NCBI GenBank assembly: GCA_964421955.1
Contig: CAYQYU010000006.1
Span: 8,382 to 64,383 of the forward strand
Direction of reading: 5' to 3'
Length of the DNA stretch: 56,002 bases
Source: an uncultured archaeon
GTDB lineage: Archaea > Nanohalarchaeota > Nanosalinia > Nanosalinales > Nanosalinaceae
In this document: piece by piece, positions 36,570 through 46,553 of the stretch
How positions within the stretch are numbered: the stretch's first letter is position 1
Layout of the letters: every line of letters starts with the position of its first letter
Position numbers and translations under genes: made by a program
Notes under the pieces: model-generated
What the model was told of the DNA's origin: nothing
What the model saw: the letters and a program-made list of their open reading frames with translations, nothing else
Database searches by the model: none

Positions 36570-38327
36570 ATGCCCCGCCAGCCAATTCTATCGGTTCTCG
36601 GTCATGTCGACTCGGGAAAGACCACACTACTCGACAGAATTAGAGAGTCACGTATAGTCGCAGGAGAGGCGGGCGGGATAACACAGATGATCGGCGCAAC
36701 GGAGGTTCCGCTTGAGACTGTGGAGAACGTCTGCGGCGACCTTCTTGACAGGCTGGATATCGAGATAACGGTCCCTGGCGTCCTGTTCATAGACACACCC
36801 GGTCACGCTGCGTTCTCATCCCTGAGAAAAAGAGGAGGTTCCATCAGCGACATCGCGATACTTGTAATCGATATCGAGGAGGGCGTCCAGCCCCAGACGG
36901 CGGAGGCCATAAATATTCTCAAGGAGTCGGAGACTCCTTTCATCGTAGCTCTGAACAAGGTCGACAAGATGCATGGCTGGAAATCCGAGAAGAAGTGCTT
37001 CCTCGACAACTTGCAGGAGCAGTCGAACCAGGTACAGCAGAAACTGGACGAACGGATTTATGAGATCATGGGTGAGCTGGATGAATACGACATAACCTCG
37101 GACCGTTTTGATCGCGTGGACAGCTTCCAGAAGAAAGTTGCGATAGTCCCGATGTCAGCGGAGACCGGGGAAGGAATCCCCGAGCTGCTTATGGTTGTCG
37201 CCGGGCTTTCACAGCGCTACCTGGCCGACAGCCTTGAAGTTGAGGAGGGCATCGGTCGCGGCACAGTTCTCGAGGTGTCGCAGGAGGAAGGCCTGGGAAC
37301 CACGGTCGATGTCATACATTATGACGGAACTATCAGCAGCGATGAGAAGCTTGTTTACGGAACCGCGGAAGGAGCAAAGGTCACGGACATAAGGGCGCTG
37401 CTGGAACCCCGCCCACTCAAGGAGATACGTGTCGACAAGAAGTTCGACCGAGTGGAGGAGGTCCATCCTGCATCAGGGGTAAAGATAGTCGGGAAGGACA
37501 TGGAAGGAATCATCTCCGGAGCTCCTGTGAGGACGGCGACCGAAGACCGGTTGGATGAGGCTATCAGGGAGGTCGAGGAGGAGCTTGAACTCGGAGAGTT
37601 TGAAATCCATAACGAGGGAGTTGTCGCGAAGGCTGATTCTCTTGGCTCCCTTGAGGCACTGATGCGCGAGCTTGAAGAGAACGACATCCCTGTCAAGAAG
37701 GCCGAGGTCGGCGAGATCACGAAGAAGGATGTCATAGAGGTCGAGAACGAGGATGCCGAGAAAAGATCTATACTTGCGTTCAACACCGGTTTCAGCAGGC
37801 AGGGAGAGATGGCGGCGAAGGACAAGGGAATAGAAGTTTTCCAGAGCCAGATAATCTACCAGATAGTCCAGGACTACGAGGAATGGAGGCAGGAACTTGA
37901 GGAAAAGCAGAGAGGGAAAGCCCTGGAGGCGATATCCCGACCGGCAAGGATAAGAATTCTCGACGGTCACGTCTTCCGGAGCTCGAATCCCGCGGTTGTT
38001 GGTGTGAAGGTGGTTGAAGGTGTTCTGAAGCCGGGAGGATCGCTGATCAACTCCTCGGGTGATTTAATAGGCAGGATCAAGTCTGTCCAGCAGGAAAACG
38101 AGAGCCTGGATAAGGCTCCGCGTGGCGAAGAAGTCGCTGTCTCGATCTCAAACGCTACAGTGGGCCGCGACTTTGAGGAAGGAGATATCCTCTACACTGA
38201 TCTCACCGCGAAGGACTACCAGCGGCTCCAGGAACTGGAGGATCTGATTGGTCAGGGCGAAAAAAATGTTCTAGAAGAGATAGTGGACATCAAGGATTCG
38301 AAGGACCCGCACTGGAAGCTAGGATAA
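36570..38327 (+). CDS. infB: Translation initiation factor aIF5B
   Basis: RQPI..GHVDSGKT, GGITQ, DTPGH, NKVD. Confidence 0.97.
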   Translation: MPRQPILSVLGHVDSGKTTLLDRIRESRIVAGEAGGITQMIGATEVPLETVENVCGDLLDRLDIEITVPGVLFIDTPGHAAFSSLRKRGGSISDIAILVIDIEEGVQPQTAEAINILKESETPFIVALNKVDKMHGWKSEKKCFLDNLQEQSNQVQQKLDERIYEIMGELDEYDITSDRFDRVDSFQKKVAIVPMSAETGEGIPELLMVVAGLSQRYLADSLEVEEGIGRGTVLEVSQEEGLGTTVDVIHYDGTISSDEKLVYGTAEGAKVTDIRALLEPRPLKEIRVDKKFDRVEEVHPASGVKIVGKDMEGIISGAPVRTATEDRLDEAIREVEEELELGEFEIHNEGVVAKADSLGSLEALMRELEENDIPVKKAEVGEITKKDVIEVENEDAEKRSILAFNTGFSRQGEMAAKDKGIEVFQSQIIYQIVQDYEEWRQELEEKQRGKALEAISRPARIRILDGHVFRSSNPAVVGVKVVEGVLKPGGSLINSSGDLIGRIKSVQQENESLDKAPRGEEVAVSISNATVGRDFEEGDILYTDLTAKDYQRLQELEDLIGQGEKNVLEEIVDIKDSKDPHWKLG

Positions 38328-38823
38328 ATTCCTGGTCAGAGGAGTCTTCATCTTCCAGGTAGGTTGATATGCTTTCGACCAGTTCCAGTAAGTTCCTCCG
38401 GTTTTCGGGAGCTGGTGTCGAATGGTTTGTTATAGGATCTTTTTCCTCAGGTTTCCAGCCGATCTCCGAGTAATCCAGATCCAGATGTTGAACTATGTTG
38501 TTATAGAGCGCCGAGAAATACCAAATCTGGATGCCGGTGAATCCTGAAAATCCTGCCGGGTCTGAAACGTCTATACCGTTCTGTGCTTCTTTAAGCCGTT
38601 TCTCGGCGTTCTCAACATCGTATAAGGGGGAATCGATAACATCAGGAATTTCCTGGCATAAACGCCTGGAAATAAAGGCTATGTTGTATGCAAACTCTTG
38701 AGCGACCGGGTCTTCGTCCAGATACGCGTCTTCGTAGTCTGTTTCCAGGTAATCTGCTATCGAAACCACGTATTCATGAAACTCGGCCAGTTCATTTTCA
38801 TCCAGGTTGATTGAGTCCGTCAT
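38290..38823 (-). CDS. Hypothetical acidic protein
   Basis: Acidic ORF convergent with infB, 3' ends overlapping. Confidence 0.65.
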   Translation of the reverse strand: MTDSINLDENELAEFHEYVVSIADYLETDYEDAYLDEDPVAQEFAYNIAFISRRLCQEIPDVIDSPLYDVENAEKRLKEAQNGIDVSDPAGFSGFTGIQIWYFSALYNNIVQHLDLDYSEIGWKPEEKDPITNHSTPAPENRRNLLELVESISTYLEDEDSSDQEFILASSAGPSNP

Positions 38824-38872
38824 TCGGTAATTTTTGATAAGATACAAATCTTTTGAATTGTAAGGCTACTCT

Positions 38873-40093
38873 ATGGGCTACGGCAAGCTCGCGAGAGGGA
38901 TGACCAGCTCGGAGGCGAAGAGAAAGCTCCAGGAGGTCATGCCCTCGACCAGGCGGAAAAAAGACTTCCAGGGCGCATCGCCGCCTTCGGTCTTCATAGG
39001 CTCCAGCAACTATCCTCGGGTCAACACGGGCGTCCTGTCGCCACAGCATCCCGGGAGTTCCGAACTTCTGGATTCTCCCAGGGACTGGTACAGCGAGAAC
39101 TACAGCATAGAGAAGATAGCCCAGATGAGGACCTCGCTCGTCAACTCGAAGCAGAAGATGAAGGTGGAGAAACCTGGTAGGTTTGTCGATAATGCCCGGG
39201 AGATCGCTATGGCCCGGAAACCTGTGGATATAGAGGTATCTCTTGAAAAAAGGCCTGCCAGCAGCATCTCCGGCGGTCGTGTCAAGCCGGTCTCTGCCTC
39301 TGGAAATATCGAAAAATTCCTGCTGGGAGAGAACCCGAGCGTCGAGAGAAAGATCGAGGACGCGTTCTACGACACCGACTGGAAGGCGGAGAGCGCCATA
39401 GGAGAGCTATACTCGAAAGGTATCGGCAACTACAAGCTCCAGCAGGCGCTGAGCGCAGGAATGCTTGGAGAGGAGGAGGACCGGAAGCTGGTTCCCACAA
39501 GGTGGTCGATAACGGCCTCCGACGACATAATATCGAAGCGTCTGAGGAAAGAGGTGAAGGACTATCAGGAGCTCGGCCAGTTAGAGTACTACAGGAACGA
39601 ATACCTGGGCAACGAGTTCCACATCTTCCTGATACCGGGCAGGTGGGAGCACGAACTGATCGAGCTGAAGAGGCCGGGATCGACCTGGAACGCCCGGGAG
39701 AACACGTATATAGCCCAGAACCACGAGCCCTACTCTGGGAGAACCTCTTACGCGGAGGAGACTGCAGGAGCCTTCTACGCCTCGAGACTCGGCGTGCTTG
39801 AGCATTTGAGTGAAAGGAAGAGAGAGGCGAAGTCGCTGATAGTCAGGAACGTGACCCCGGAGTACTGGGCACCACTGGGAGTCTGGATCATCAGGGAAAC
39901 GGTCAGGAACGCTTTCGAGGACCCTGAGGAGTCCCGGGAGCTCGAGGACTTCAGGCAGGTAAAATGGAAGATAGCTCGCCAGTTCAGGTTTATCTACTCC
40001 CATATAGAGAATGAAAGCAAGATACTGGAGGGAAGGCAGTCTTCGCTTGATGACTTCTCCAGCTCAAGACACAAAAGCCTTGAGAACCATTAA
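38873..40093 (+). CDS. nreA: Nre-family DNA repair protein
   Basis: SPPSVFIG-x-x-NYP, RKLVPTRWSITA-x-D, PLGVW-x-x-RE, PIP box QSSLDDF. Confidence 0.92.
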   Translation: MGYGKLARGMTSSEAKRKLQEVMPSTRRKKDFQGASPPSVFIGSSNYPRVNTGVLSPQHPGSSELLDSPRDWYSENYSIEKIAQMRTSLVNSKQKMKVEKPGRFVDNAREIAMARKPVDIEVSLEKRPASSISGGRVKPVSASGNIEKFLLGENPSVERKIEDAFYDTDWKAESAIGELYSKGIGNYKLQQALSAGMLGEEEDRKLVPTRWSITASDDIISKRLRKEVKDYQELGQLEYYRNEYLGNEFHIFLIPGRWEHELIELKRPGSTWNARENTYIAQNHEPYSGRTSYAEETAGAFYASRLGVLEHLSERKREAKSLIVRNVTPEYWAPLGVWIIRETVRNAFEDPEESRELEDFRQVKWKIARQFRFIYSHIENESKILEGRQSSLDDFSSSRHKSLENH

Positions 40094-40140
40094 AATTACA
40101 GGGTGGAAGCTTGAACGACGATCTGAACGAATCCGAGCTT

Positions 40141-40611
40141 ATGGAGAGAGTTATAAAACCCACGCGTATAGAGGTAGAGAACCGCGGAGGCTATGACGTT
40201 CTAGTTATTGAAGACTCGGCGGGCAACCAGTTCACGACGTTGAGAGACGACCTTGTCGATGAAGTCCCGTCGAACAGCGACCGCTACCTCGATGAGACCT
40301 GGAAGATTCTCTGGTCGGTCACGAAGGAAGGCTACATCAACTTCCACGGCTTCCAGGAGCGGGTTGACGAAAAGCCGGAGAAGGAAGAGATCGATCCCCA
40401 GGACTTTGAGGTTGTCAGGCGCGAGAGGCTCGGTCTCAGCCAGACCGATATCAGGATTACCCGGCAGTCAGCCGGCCACGACGCATCAAGGATTGTCGCG
40501 GGCAAGCTGGCCTCTGGCGAGAGAATGACTGATGAAGAGATATGGGAGGAGATAAGAAAGTGGACAAACCAGTTCAAGAATTACTACCGCACCGGCGAGT
40601 GGACGGAATAA
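40141..40611 (+). CDS. Hypothetical protein (possible OB-fold/SSB-like)
   Basis: Beta-rich N-terminal half, DIRITRQSA helix; start uncertain (TTG 40111 or ATG 40141). Confidence 0.7.
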   Translation: MERVIKPTRIEVENRGGYDVLVIEDSAGNQFTTLRDDLVDEVPSNSDRYLDETWKILWSVTKEGYINFHGFQERVDEKPEKEEIDPQDFEVVRRERLGLSQTDIRITRQSAGHDASRIVAGKLASGERMTDEEIWEEIRKWTNQFKNYYRTGEWTE

Positions 40612-40944
40612 ATTTTTTGTTCCGTACTTGCAGAGGATTTCCAATCTTCGAATGGACGGATTAAGCACTCGATATTTCATTTCTGGGGATTTAACGCTCT
40701 CCCGACATCTCTCGCGAGATCTACTGTCTCATCTATAATGTATCGGCGACCAGTCTCTGCTATACTCTCCAGCGCACCATATGTATCTTGAGCCCTGTAA
40801 TTCCATCTTAATCTGCCCGGACTTTTCTCCGGGTCAAGACTGTTATAATACGATCGCATTACATTCGCCGTGATTATCTAGGATCATAATACAAAAACCA
40901 GTTCTTTTATAAAAGCAGGGCTATAATTGTAGTACAGAACTGGA

Positions 40945-41091
40945 ATGGCGACGGTTTCTGTAAGACTGTCGGATGAACTGAACGACGAGCTAGACAGGAT
41001 GGTTGAAGAGGGACTGTTCAAGGATAAAACTGACGCGTTCCACGAGGCAATAAGACTGCTATTACTTCAGTACGACGATTTCCAGCTTTAG
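40945..41091 (+). CDS. Ribbon-helix-helix (CopG-like) protein, 48 aa (not in ORF track)
   Basis: MATVSVRLSDELNDELDRMVEEGLFKDKTDAFHEAIRLLL; TTTTATAAAA upstream. Confidence 0.85.
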   Translation: MATVSVRLSDELNDELDRMVEEGLFKDKTDAFHEAIRLLLLQYDDFQL

Positions 41092-41100
41092 GCTCACTTG

Positions 41101-41141
41101 ATCCTTCCCCCCCCTCCCCTCATTTCCTTTTTCTTATTTTC
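41101..41141 (+). terminator. Pyrimidine-rich tract, probable archaeal intrinsic terminator
   Basis: C-rich then T-rich run between convergent genes. Confidence 0.4.
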
Positions 41142-41156
41142 TGGAAAGAAAGAAGT

Positions 41157-42104
41157 TCAGCTTGTCAGGTCGTGGTATACCAGTATAGCGTAGTAGTAGA
41201 GGTAGGACTGGATCGGTACCTGCACCGCGAGAAGCAGGATCATCCACGCCACGATTCCGAGCACGACCACGAACCACACGAGCGGTGGGAAGATAAGATA
41301 TGCGATCGCCCCGATAATTCCAAACGGTATTAGAAGCACCAGCAGAGTTAGTAGAGCCCAGAGAATTGCTACAGTTGCGGCGACTATCTGGATAACAAAC
41401 CTTACAACGACGTAAACTGCGACCTGCTGCCATTCATTCTTCAACGAGGGATAGAAGTTTTTCCACGCCTGTATTATGCCAGTCCCGTCCTCGATCATCT
41501 GGAGCAGTACAAAGTTCTGCGTCAGCCCCAGGAAGATTATGAACGGGATTATGCCTGCGAGGAAGGCGAGTAGCAGAAGTATTCCGGCTACAGGGCTTGC
41601 CAGGAAGGCCAGGATCATTCCTGCTACAGATGCGAAAATAACCAGCGTCGTCAGGATGCGGAACCCGAAGTAACTCAACCCTTTGCCGCTGTGGAGCCTG
41701 AAGTTGCTTCTTATCGAGACGTCTCTATCAAGCAAGGACTGGTAGAATATGAACTCGAAGACACTGGAAAGGTAGATAAATAACAGGACCAGCGCCATGA
41801 ATACAAGCCCTATTCCGATCCAGATGCCTGTCGCGGAAGATGTTGCAAGCCCGGTGGCCGGCAGTTCGTTTAAAGCGCCTTCCATGCTCTGTGCTGGGAT
41901 GTCTCCGGGCGCATAGTCTGTTTCCTCGTAAGTATGCCCTGAATCTCCAGGGAAGGAGGAGGGAAAGTTCGGAAAGCTGAACCCGCTCCCGGTAAGAATC
42001 ACTATAAGCAATAGCCTGGCCCATGTGCCGAGATCAAATGGCAGCAGAAGACTCTTTGTCTCCTGAACCGCCTCTTCTATTTCCTCAAGTGCGTACCAGA
42101 CCAT
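41157..42104 (-). CDS. Polytopic membrane protein
   Basis: Multiple TM segments; LLPFDLGTW and SSVFEF resemble a family seen in haloarchaea (from recall). Confidence 0.8.
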   Translation of the reverse strand: MVWYALEEIEEAVQETKSLLLPFDLGTWARLLLIVILTGSGFSFPNFPSSFPGDSGHTYEETDYAPGDIPAQSMEGALNELPATGLATSSATGIWIGIGLVFMALVLLFIYLSSVFEFIFYQSLLDRDVSIRSNFRLHSGKGLSYFGFRILTTLVIFASVAGMILAFLASPVAGILLLLAFLAGIIPFIIFLGLTQNFVLLQMIEDGTGIIQAWKNFYPSLKNEWQQVAVYVVVRFVIQIVAATVAILWALLTLLVLLIPFGIIGAIAYLIFPPLVWFVVVLGIVAWMILLLAVQVPIQSYLYYYAILVYHDLTS

Positions 42105-42184
42105 AACCGAGTTTTATCGATTGTTTTTTAAACTGTTTTGAATTGAGGAGTGAAGTTTTATTGTTTCACCACGCTCCACGATAC

Positions 42185-44059
42185 ATGGATCTTTTCCCTT
42201 TCTCAGAAATCAGGGAGAAACAGGACGACCTGATGGCTGCTTCTATAGAGGCGATTGAGCAGGGCGAGAGCCTCGTCGCCCACGCACCCACCGGCCTGGG
42301 AAAGACCGCCGCGACCCTTACTCCCGCGCTTGAGTACGCGAAGGAGAACAACAAGAAGGTCTTCTTTTTGACACCGCGCCACAGCCAGCACCAGATCGCG
42401 GTCGAAACAGTGAAGAAGATGCAGGAGAAGCATAATGAGGAACTGACTGTTATCGATCTGCTGGGAAAGAAATGGTTATGCAATATTGACGGAGTCCAGG
42501 AGATGACCTCTCGCGACTTCAAGGATTACTGCCAGACTTTGCGGGACGAGGAACGCTGCGACTTCTACACTGCGATGTACGACATGGACGAGCACCAGCT
42601 GAAAGGAAAGGCGAAGAAAAAGCTCGACCAGCTCGAGGGAGATGCGATGCACGCCGAGGAGTTCAAGTCATCGACACCGACTTTCTGCCCTTACTACATG
42701 ATGATGGAGCTCGCCAGGCGCTCCGATTTAATCATCGCCGACTATTTCCATATATTCCATCCCGGTGTCCGCGAATCCATCTTCGAGCGATCAGGAGTCG
42801 TGCTTGAAGATACCATACTCGTGGTCGATGAAGCCCACAATCTGCCATCGAGGACGCGCTCTTTATTCTCGGAGTCACTGTCGATCCCGCAGATCGATCG
42901 TGCGATAACTGAGGCGGAGAAGTTTGGCTTCTACGAGATGGAGGAGAAGCTGGAGCGTTTAATGGATGCGATAAAGTCGATCGCCGCGGATAAGTTCGCG
43001 AGCGGCTCCCACGAGGAGAAGATCGGGAAGAAGAACCTGAAAGAGCCGATTGAAAATATACAGAACTACGGCGAGTTCATCGTCGACCTGGAGGCGGTCG
43101 CTGAGGAGGTCCGGGATGAGCGCGAGAAGAGTTACTGTGGAGGAATCGCCGAGTTTCTTGACGCATGGAATGGCGATGACAACGGCTTCTTCCGGTGCAT
43201 AAAGAGGACCCGCTCATCATCAGGTAACCGGTACATCGAGGTCAAGTACACCTGTCTTGATCCCCAGGTCTCGACGAAGAAGCCTCTCAATGAGGCGCAT
43301 TCGAGCATCCTTATGTCGGGTACTCTTACACCGCAGAAGATGTACGCTGACCTTCTCGGGCTCGATACGTCGGCAAAGTCAGAGGCGTTCAGGTCTCCTT
43401 TCCCCGAGGAGAACCAGCTCGACCTGCTGGTGCCCACGGTCACCACGCGGTATTCCGAGCGCGACGATTCGATGTACCAGAAGTACGCTTGGTATCTCGC
43501 CCGATCCTTTGAATCACTACCCGGGAACTGCGGAGTATTCTTTCCCTCGTACGCCTTCATGCACCGTGTCGAAAAGCTGCTGGAGGAAAAAACTGACAGG
43601 AAGCTGTTCGTGGAGAAGCAGTCGATGAACAAGGAGCAGAAACAGAGGCTGTTCGAAGAGTTTGCATCACGCAAGGATGAGGGTGACGCGGTACTGCTTG
43701 GAGTTGCGGCAGGATCTCTTGGAGAAGGTGTCGACTATCCTGGAGACATCATGAAAGGAGTCTTCGTGGTTGGATTGCCACTGAAGAAGCCGGATCTTGA
43801 GACCAAGGGCCTGATCAATTTCTATGACTACAAGTTCGGCAAGGGCTGGGACTATGGCTACAGTTATCCTGCGGTCAACCGGGCGATCCAGGCCGCGGGA
43901 AGATGCATCCGTTCGGAGGACGACCGAGGGGTTATTGTCTATATGGACGAGAGGTATGACTGGTCGAACTACAGGAAGGTCTTCCCACCCGGCATGGATC
44001 TGAAGAAGACACGGGCGCCCTGGAAGGAGATCGATAGCTTTTTTTCCGAAGCAGGCTAA
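42185..44059 (+). CDS. xpd: XPD/Rad3-family Fe-S DNA helicase
   Basis: HAPTGLGKT, Fe-S cysteines incl. CPY, VDEAHNL, MSGTL, EGVDY, QAAGRCIR. Confidence 0.95.
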   Translation: MDLFPFSEIREKQDDLMAASIEAIEQGESLVAHAPTGLGKTAATLTPALEYAKENNKKVFFLTPRHSQHQIAVETVKKMQEKHNEELTVIDLLGKKWLCNIDGVQEMTSRDFKDYCQTLRDEERCDFYTAMYDMDEHQLKGKAKKKLDQLEGDAMHAEEFKSSTPTFCPYYMMMELARRSDLIIADYFHIFHPGVRESIFERSGVVLEDTILVVDEAHNLPSRTRSLFSESLSIPQIDRAITEAEKFGFYEMEEKLERLMDAIKSIAADKFASGSHEEKIGKKNLKEPIENIQNYGEFIVDLEAVAEEVRDEREKSYCGGIAEFLDAWNGDDNGFFRCIKRTRSSSGNRYIEVKYTCLDPQVSTKKPLNEAHSSILMSGTLTPQKMYADLLGLDTSAKSEAFRSPFPEENQLDLLVPTVTTRYSERDDSMYQKYAWYLARSFESLPGNCGVFFPSYAFMHRVEKLLEEKTDRKLFVEKQSMNKEQKQRLFEEFASRKDEGDAVLLGVAAGSLGEGVDYPGDIMKGVFVVGLPLKKPDLETKGLINFYDYKFGKGWDYGYSYPAVNRAIQAAGRCIRSEDDRGVIVYMDERYDWSNYRKVFPPGMDLKKTRAPWKEIDSFFSEAG

Positions 44060-44083
44060 AGATTTCTGGGCGGAACAATAGAT

Positions 44084-44665
44084 ATGCTTGAATCGGCCAG
44101 GAGGAAAATTCCTGAAAGGCTTGTAGAGTGGAAAGAAGAATTTCTTGAGACCGGCATCCACAGGTATGTGGTTCTCGCCGCACTGGTGCTTCTGCCGGCC
44201 GTCTATTTCACCGAGCACTGGGTCGCCTTCCTTCTGGCCGTACTGACTGCTGTGGTGTCCTTTGGAGCTGCGAGGACGGAGATCAACAGCCTGGGTGTCG
44301 AGACCGCGACTTTTGCCACGGTCCTTATGGGCGTGGTTTTCGGGCCGGAGAAGGGGGCCATACTGGGTTTTATCTATATATTTCTCCAGCTCTTCACAGG
44401 CAAGATGCCGGGTATGTACATTATCTGGGTGATACCGGCCTTTACCGCCGCGGGTCATCTTGCGGGACGTTTTTCGGAGGTAGGAATTGTCAGGCTGGGC
44501 TTTTCGATATCCCTGGGCCTACAGCTTTTCTTTGTGCTTATGACTGTTCTTCTCATGAGGAGTAGCGTCGCCAAGTACACCAGGTACGCTATTTTCAACG
44601 TGGTTTTCAACTACGTTATTTTCAGCGCCTTCGGACCTACAATGATCCGGTTCCTCGGGGCCTGA
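44084..44665 (+). CDS. Membrane protein, ECF S-component-like; paralog of 23270-23821
   Basis: GVETAT..G..FGP..G..LG, YIIWVIP. Confidence 0.6.
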   Translation: MLESARRKIPERLVEWKEEFLETGIHRYVVLAALVLLPAVYFTEHWVAFLLAVLTAVVSFGAARTEINSLGVETATFATVLMGVVFGPEKGAILGFIYIFLQLFTGKMPGMYIIWVIPAFTAAGHLAGRFSEVGIVRLGFSISLGLQLFFVLMTVLLMRSSVAKYTRYAIFNVVFNYVIFSAFGPTMIRFLGA

Positions 44666-44702
44666 ACATCTATTTTTAACTCTGGATATCTGGAATATTT
44701 TT

Positions 44703-45104
44703 ATGAAAACGGTTATGGCCCAGGGCGTCTTCGACGTACTTCATCTAGGACACCTCCACTACCTGGAAAAGTCGAAAGAGTTCGGGGACGAACTGGTCGT
44801 CGTGATCGCCCGCGACTCCCGGATACAGGAGATAAAAGACCTGGTGTTTGACGAGGACGAGCGCAGGGAGCTTGTCGAGGCACTGGAGCTGGTTGATAGA
44901 GCAATACTCGGGGCCGAGGGCGACATATACGAAACTGTCAGGCAGGTCGATCCGGATATTATAACCCTGGGATACGACCAGGATCACGACGAGGAAGAGG
45001 TCGCGGAACTGGCAGAAACTGCGACAGGTCACGAGGTAGAGGTTGTCAGGATTGAGGGCCGCGGCGGTGACTCTTCGAGCGATCTAAAGTCGCAGAGCGG
45101 CTGA
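44703..45104 (+). CDS. ribL: FAD synthase (RibL-type nucleotidyltransferase)
   Basis: GVFDVLHLGH, VVIARD, PDIITLGYDQ, SSS. Confidence 0.85.
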   Translation: MKTVMAQGVFDVLHLGHLHYLEKSKEFGDELVVVIARDSRIQEIKDLVFDEDERRELVEALELVDRAILGAEGDIYETVRQVDPDIITLGYDQDHDEEEVAELAETATGHEVEVVRIEGRGGDSSSDLKSQSG

Positions 45105-45152
45105 TCCCGCTTTCTTATCAGTGATTTAAAGCTTCGACCTGATTAACCTGAC

Positions 45153-46553
45153 ATGTCGGGAGAAAAAATAGAGAAGAACCAGGAACGGTTTGAACACCGC
45201 GTGGAGTCCGAGGCCGCGTATGAGTCAGAGAAAGGCCTGAGCGAGGACATAATCCGGAAAATATCCGAGGACAAGGATGAGCCGGAGTGGATGAAAAAGC
45301 GAAGACTGAAGGCGTTCCACCATTTCAGTAAACGCGAGATGCCGGACTGGGGCCCCGATCTTTCCGGACTTGACTTTGACGAGATCACCGCGTATATCAG
45401 ACCGGACGCTGAACAGGCCAGGGACTGGGATGAAGTGCCTGACGAGATACGTGAAACATTTGACAAGCTGGGAATTCCCGAGGCCGAGCGCGAGGCACTT
45501 TCCGGCGTGGGCGCCCAGTTCGAATCCCAGGTAGTTTACCAGAACATGAAAGAGGAATGGGAGGAGAAGGGCGTCATCTTCTGCGACATGGATAAGGCGC
45601 TTCAGGAGCACGAGGAGCTGGTGCGCGAGTACTTCATGACTAAATGCGTGCCGGCCCAGGACAACAAGTTCGCGGCTCTACACGGCGCGGTCTGGTCCGG
45701 GGGAAGTTTCGTCTACGTTCCCGCGGGCGTTGAAGTAGAAATTCCGGTCCAGGCCTATTTCCGGATGAACTCGAAGGGCATGGGTCAGTTCGAGCACACG
45801 CTGATAATTGCTGAGGAGAACTCGAAAGTGCACTACATCGAGGGCTGCTCCGCTCCACAGTACACCCGGAGCAACCTGCACGCGGGGTGTGTTGAAGTTT
45901 TTGTGGGCGAGAACGCACATGTCCAGTACTCGACGGTCCAGAACTGGTCGAAGAACACTTACAATCTCAACACGAAACGGGCGAAAGTTGAAAGCGAGGG
46001 CACCATGGAGTGGGTATCGGGGTCGATGGGCTCAAAGATTACGATGCTGTATCCCTCCTCGCATCTCAACGGCGAGGGCGCGAGAGCAAACCACATCTCG
46101 ATCGCCTACGCAGGCTCAGGTCAAAACATAGATACAGGTGCAAAGGTACTTCATAACGCGCCGGACACTAAATCAACGATCGAGTCAAAGTCGATCTCCC
46201 AGGGTGATGGAAGGACTAACTACAGGGGCCTCGTCCGTGTTCCCCGGGGTTCCGAAAACTCGAAGATCTCGGTTGAATGCGATGCTCTGATGTTCGGGAA
46301 AGACGCGACCTCGGATACCGAGCCCTACATAGAGGTCAAGGAGGACGATGTCGAGATGGCCCACGAAGCGACTGTTGGAAGAATCGGCGATGAGGAAATA
46401 CACTACCTGATGTCCCGGGGCATAGAGGAGGAGGACGCGAAGGAGATGATTGTGCGCGGCTTCATAGAGCCAATAGCGAAGGAACTGCCGCTTGAGTACG
46501 CGGTCGAGCTAAACCGGCTGATCCAGCTCGAAATGGAGGGATCTCTAGGATGA
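45153..46553 (+). CDS. sufB: Fe-S cluster assembly protein SufB
   Basis: WSGGSFVYVP, GQFEHTLI, YIEGCSAP, HEAT, YLMSRG. Confidence 0.97.
   Translation: MSGEKIEKNQERFEHRVESEAAYESEKGLSEDIIRKISEDKDEPEWMKKRRLKAFHHFSKREMPDWGPDLSGLDFDEITAYIRPDAEQARDWDEVPDEIRETFDKLGIPEAEREALSGVGAQFESQVVYQNMKEEWEEKGVIFCDMDKALQEHEELVREYFMTKCVPAQDNKFAALHGAVWSGGSFVYVPAGVEVEIPVQAYFRMNSKGMGQFEHTLIIAEENSKVHYIEGCSAPQYTRSNLHAGCVEVFVGENAHVQYSTVQNWSKNTYNLNTKRAKVESEGTMEWVSGSMGSKITMLYPSSHLNGEGARANHISIAYAGSGQNIDTGAKVLHNAPDTKSTIESKSISQGDGRTNYRGLVRVPRGSENSKISVECDALMFGKDATSDTEPYIEVKEDDVEMAHEATVGRIGDEEIHYLMSRGIEEEDAKEMIVRGFIEPIAKELPLEYAVELNRLIQLEMEGSLG

Noticed and set aside
40677-40859. 60-aa minus-strand ORF
   Set aside because: No motif or clear start signal; may be a gene fragment, not supportable
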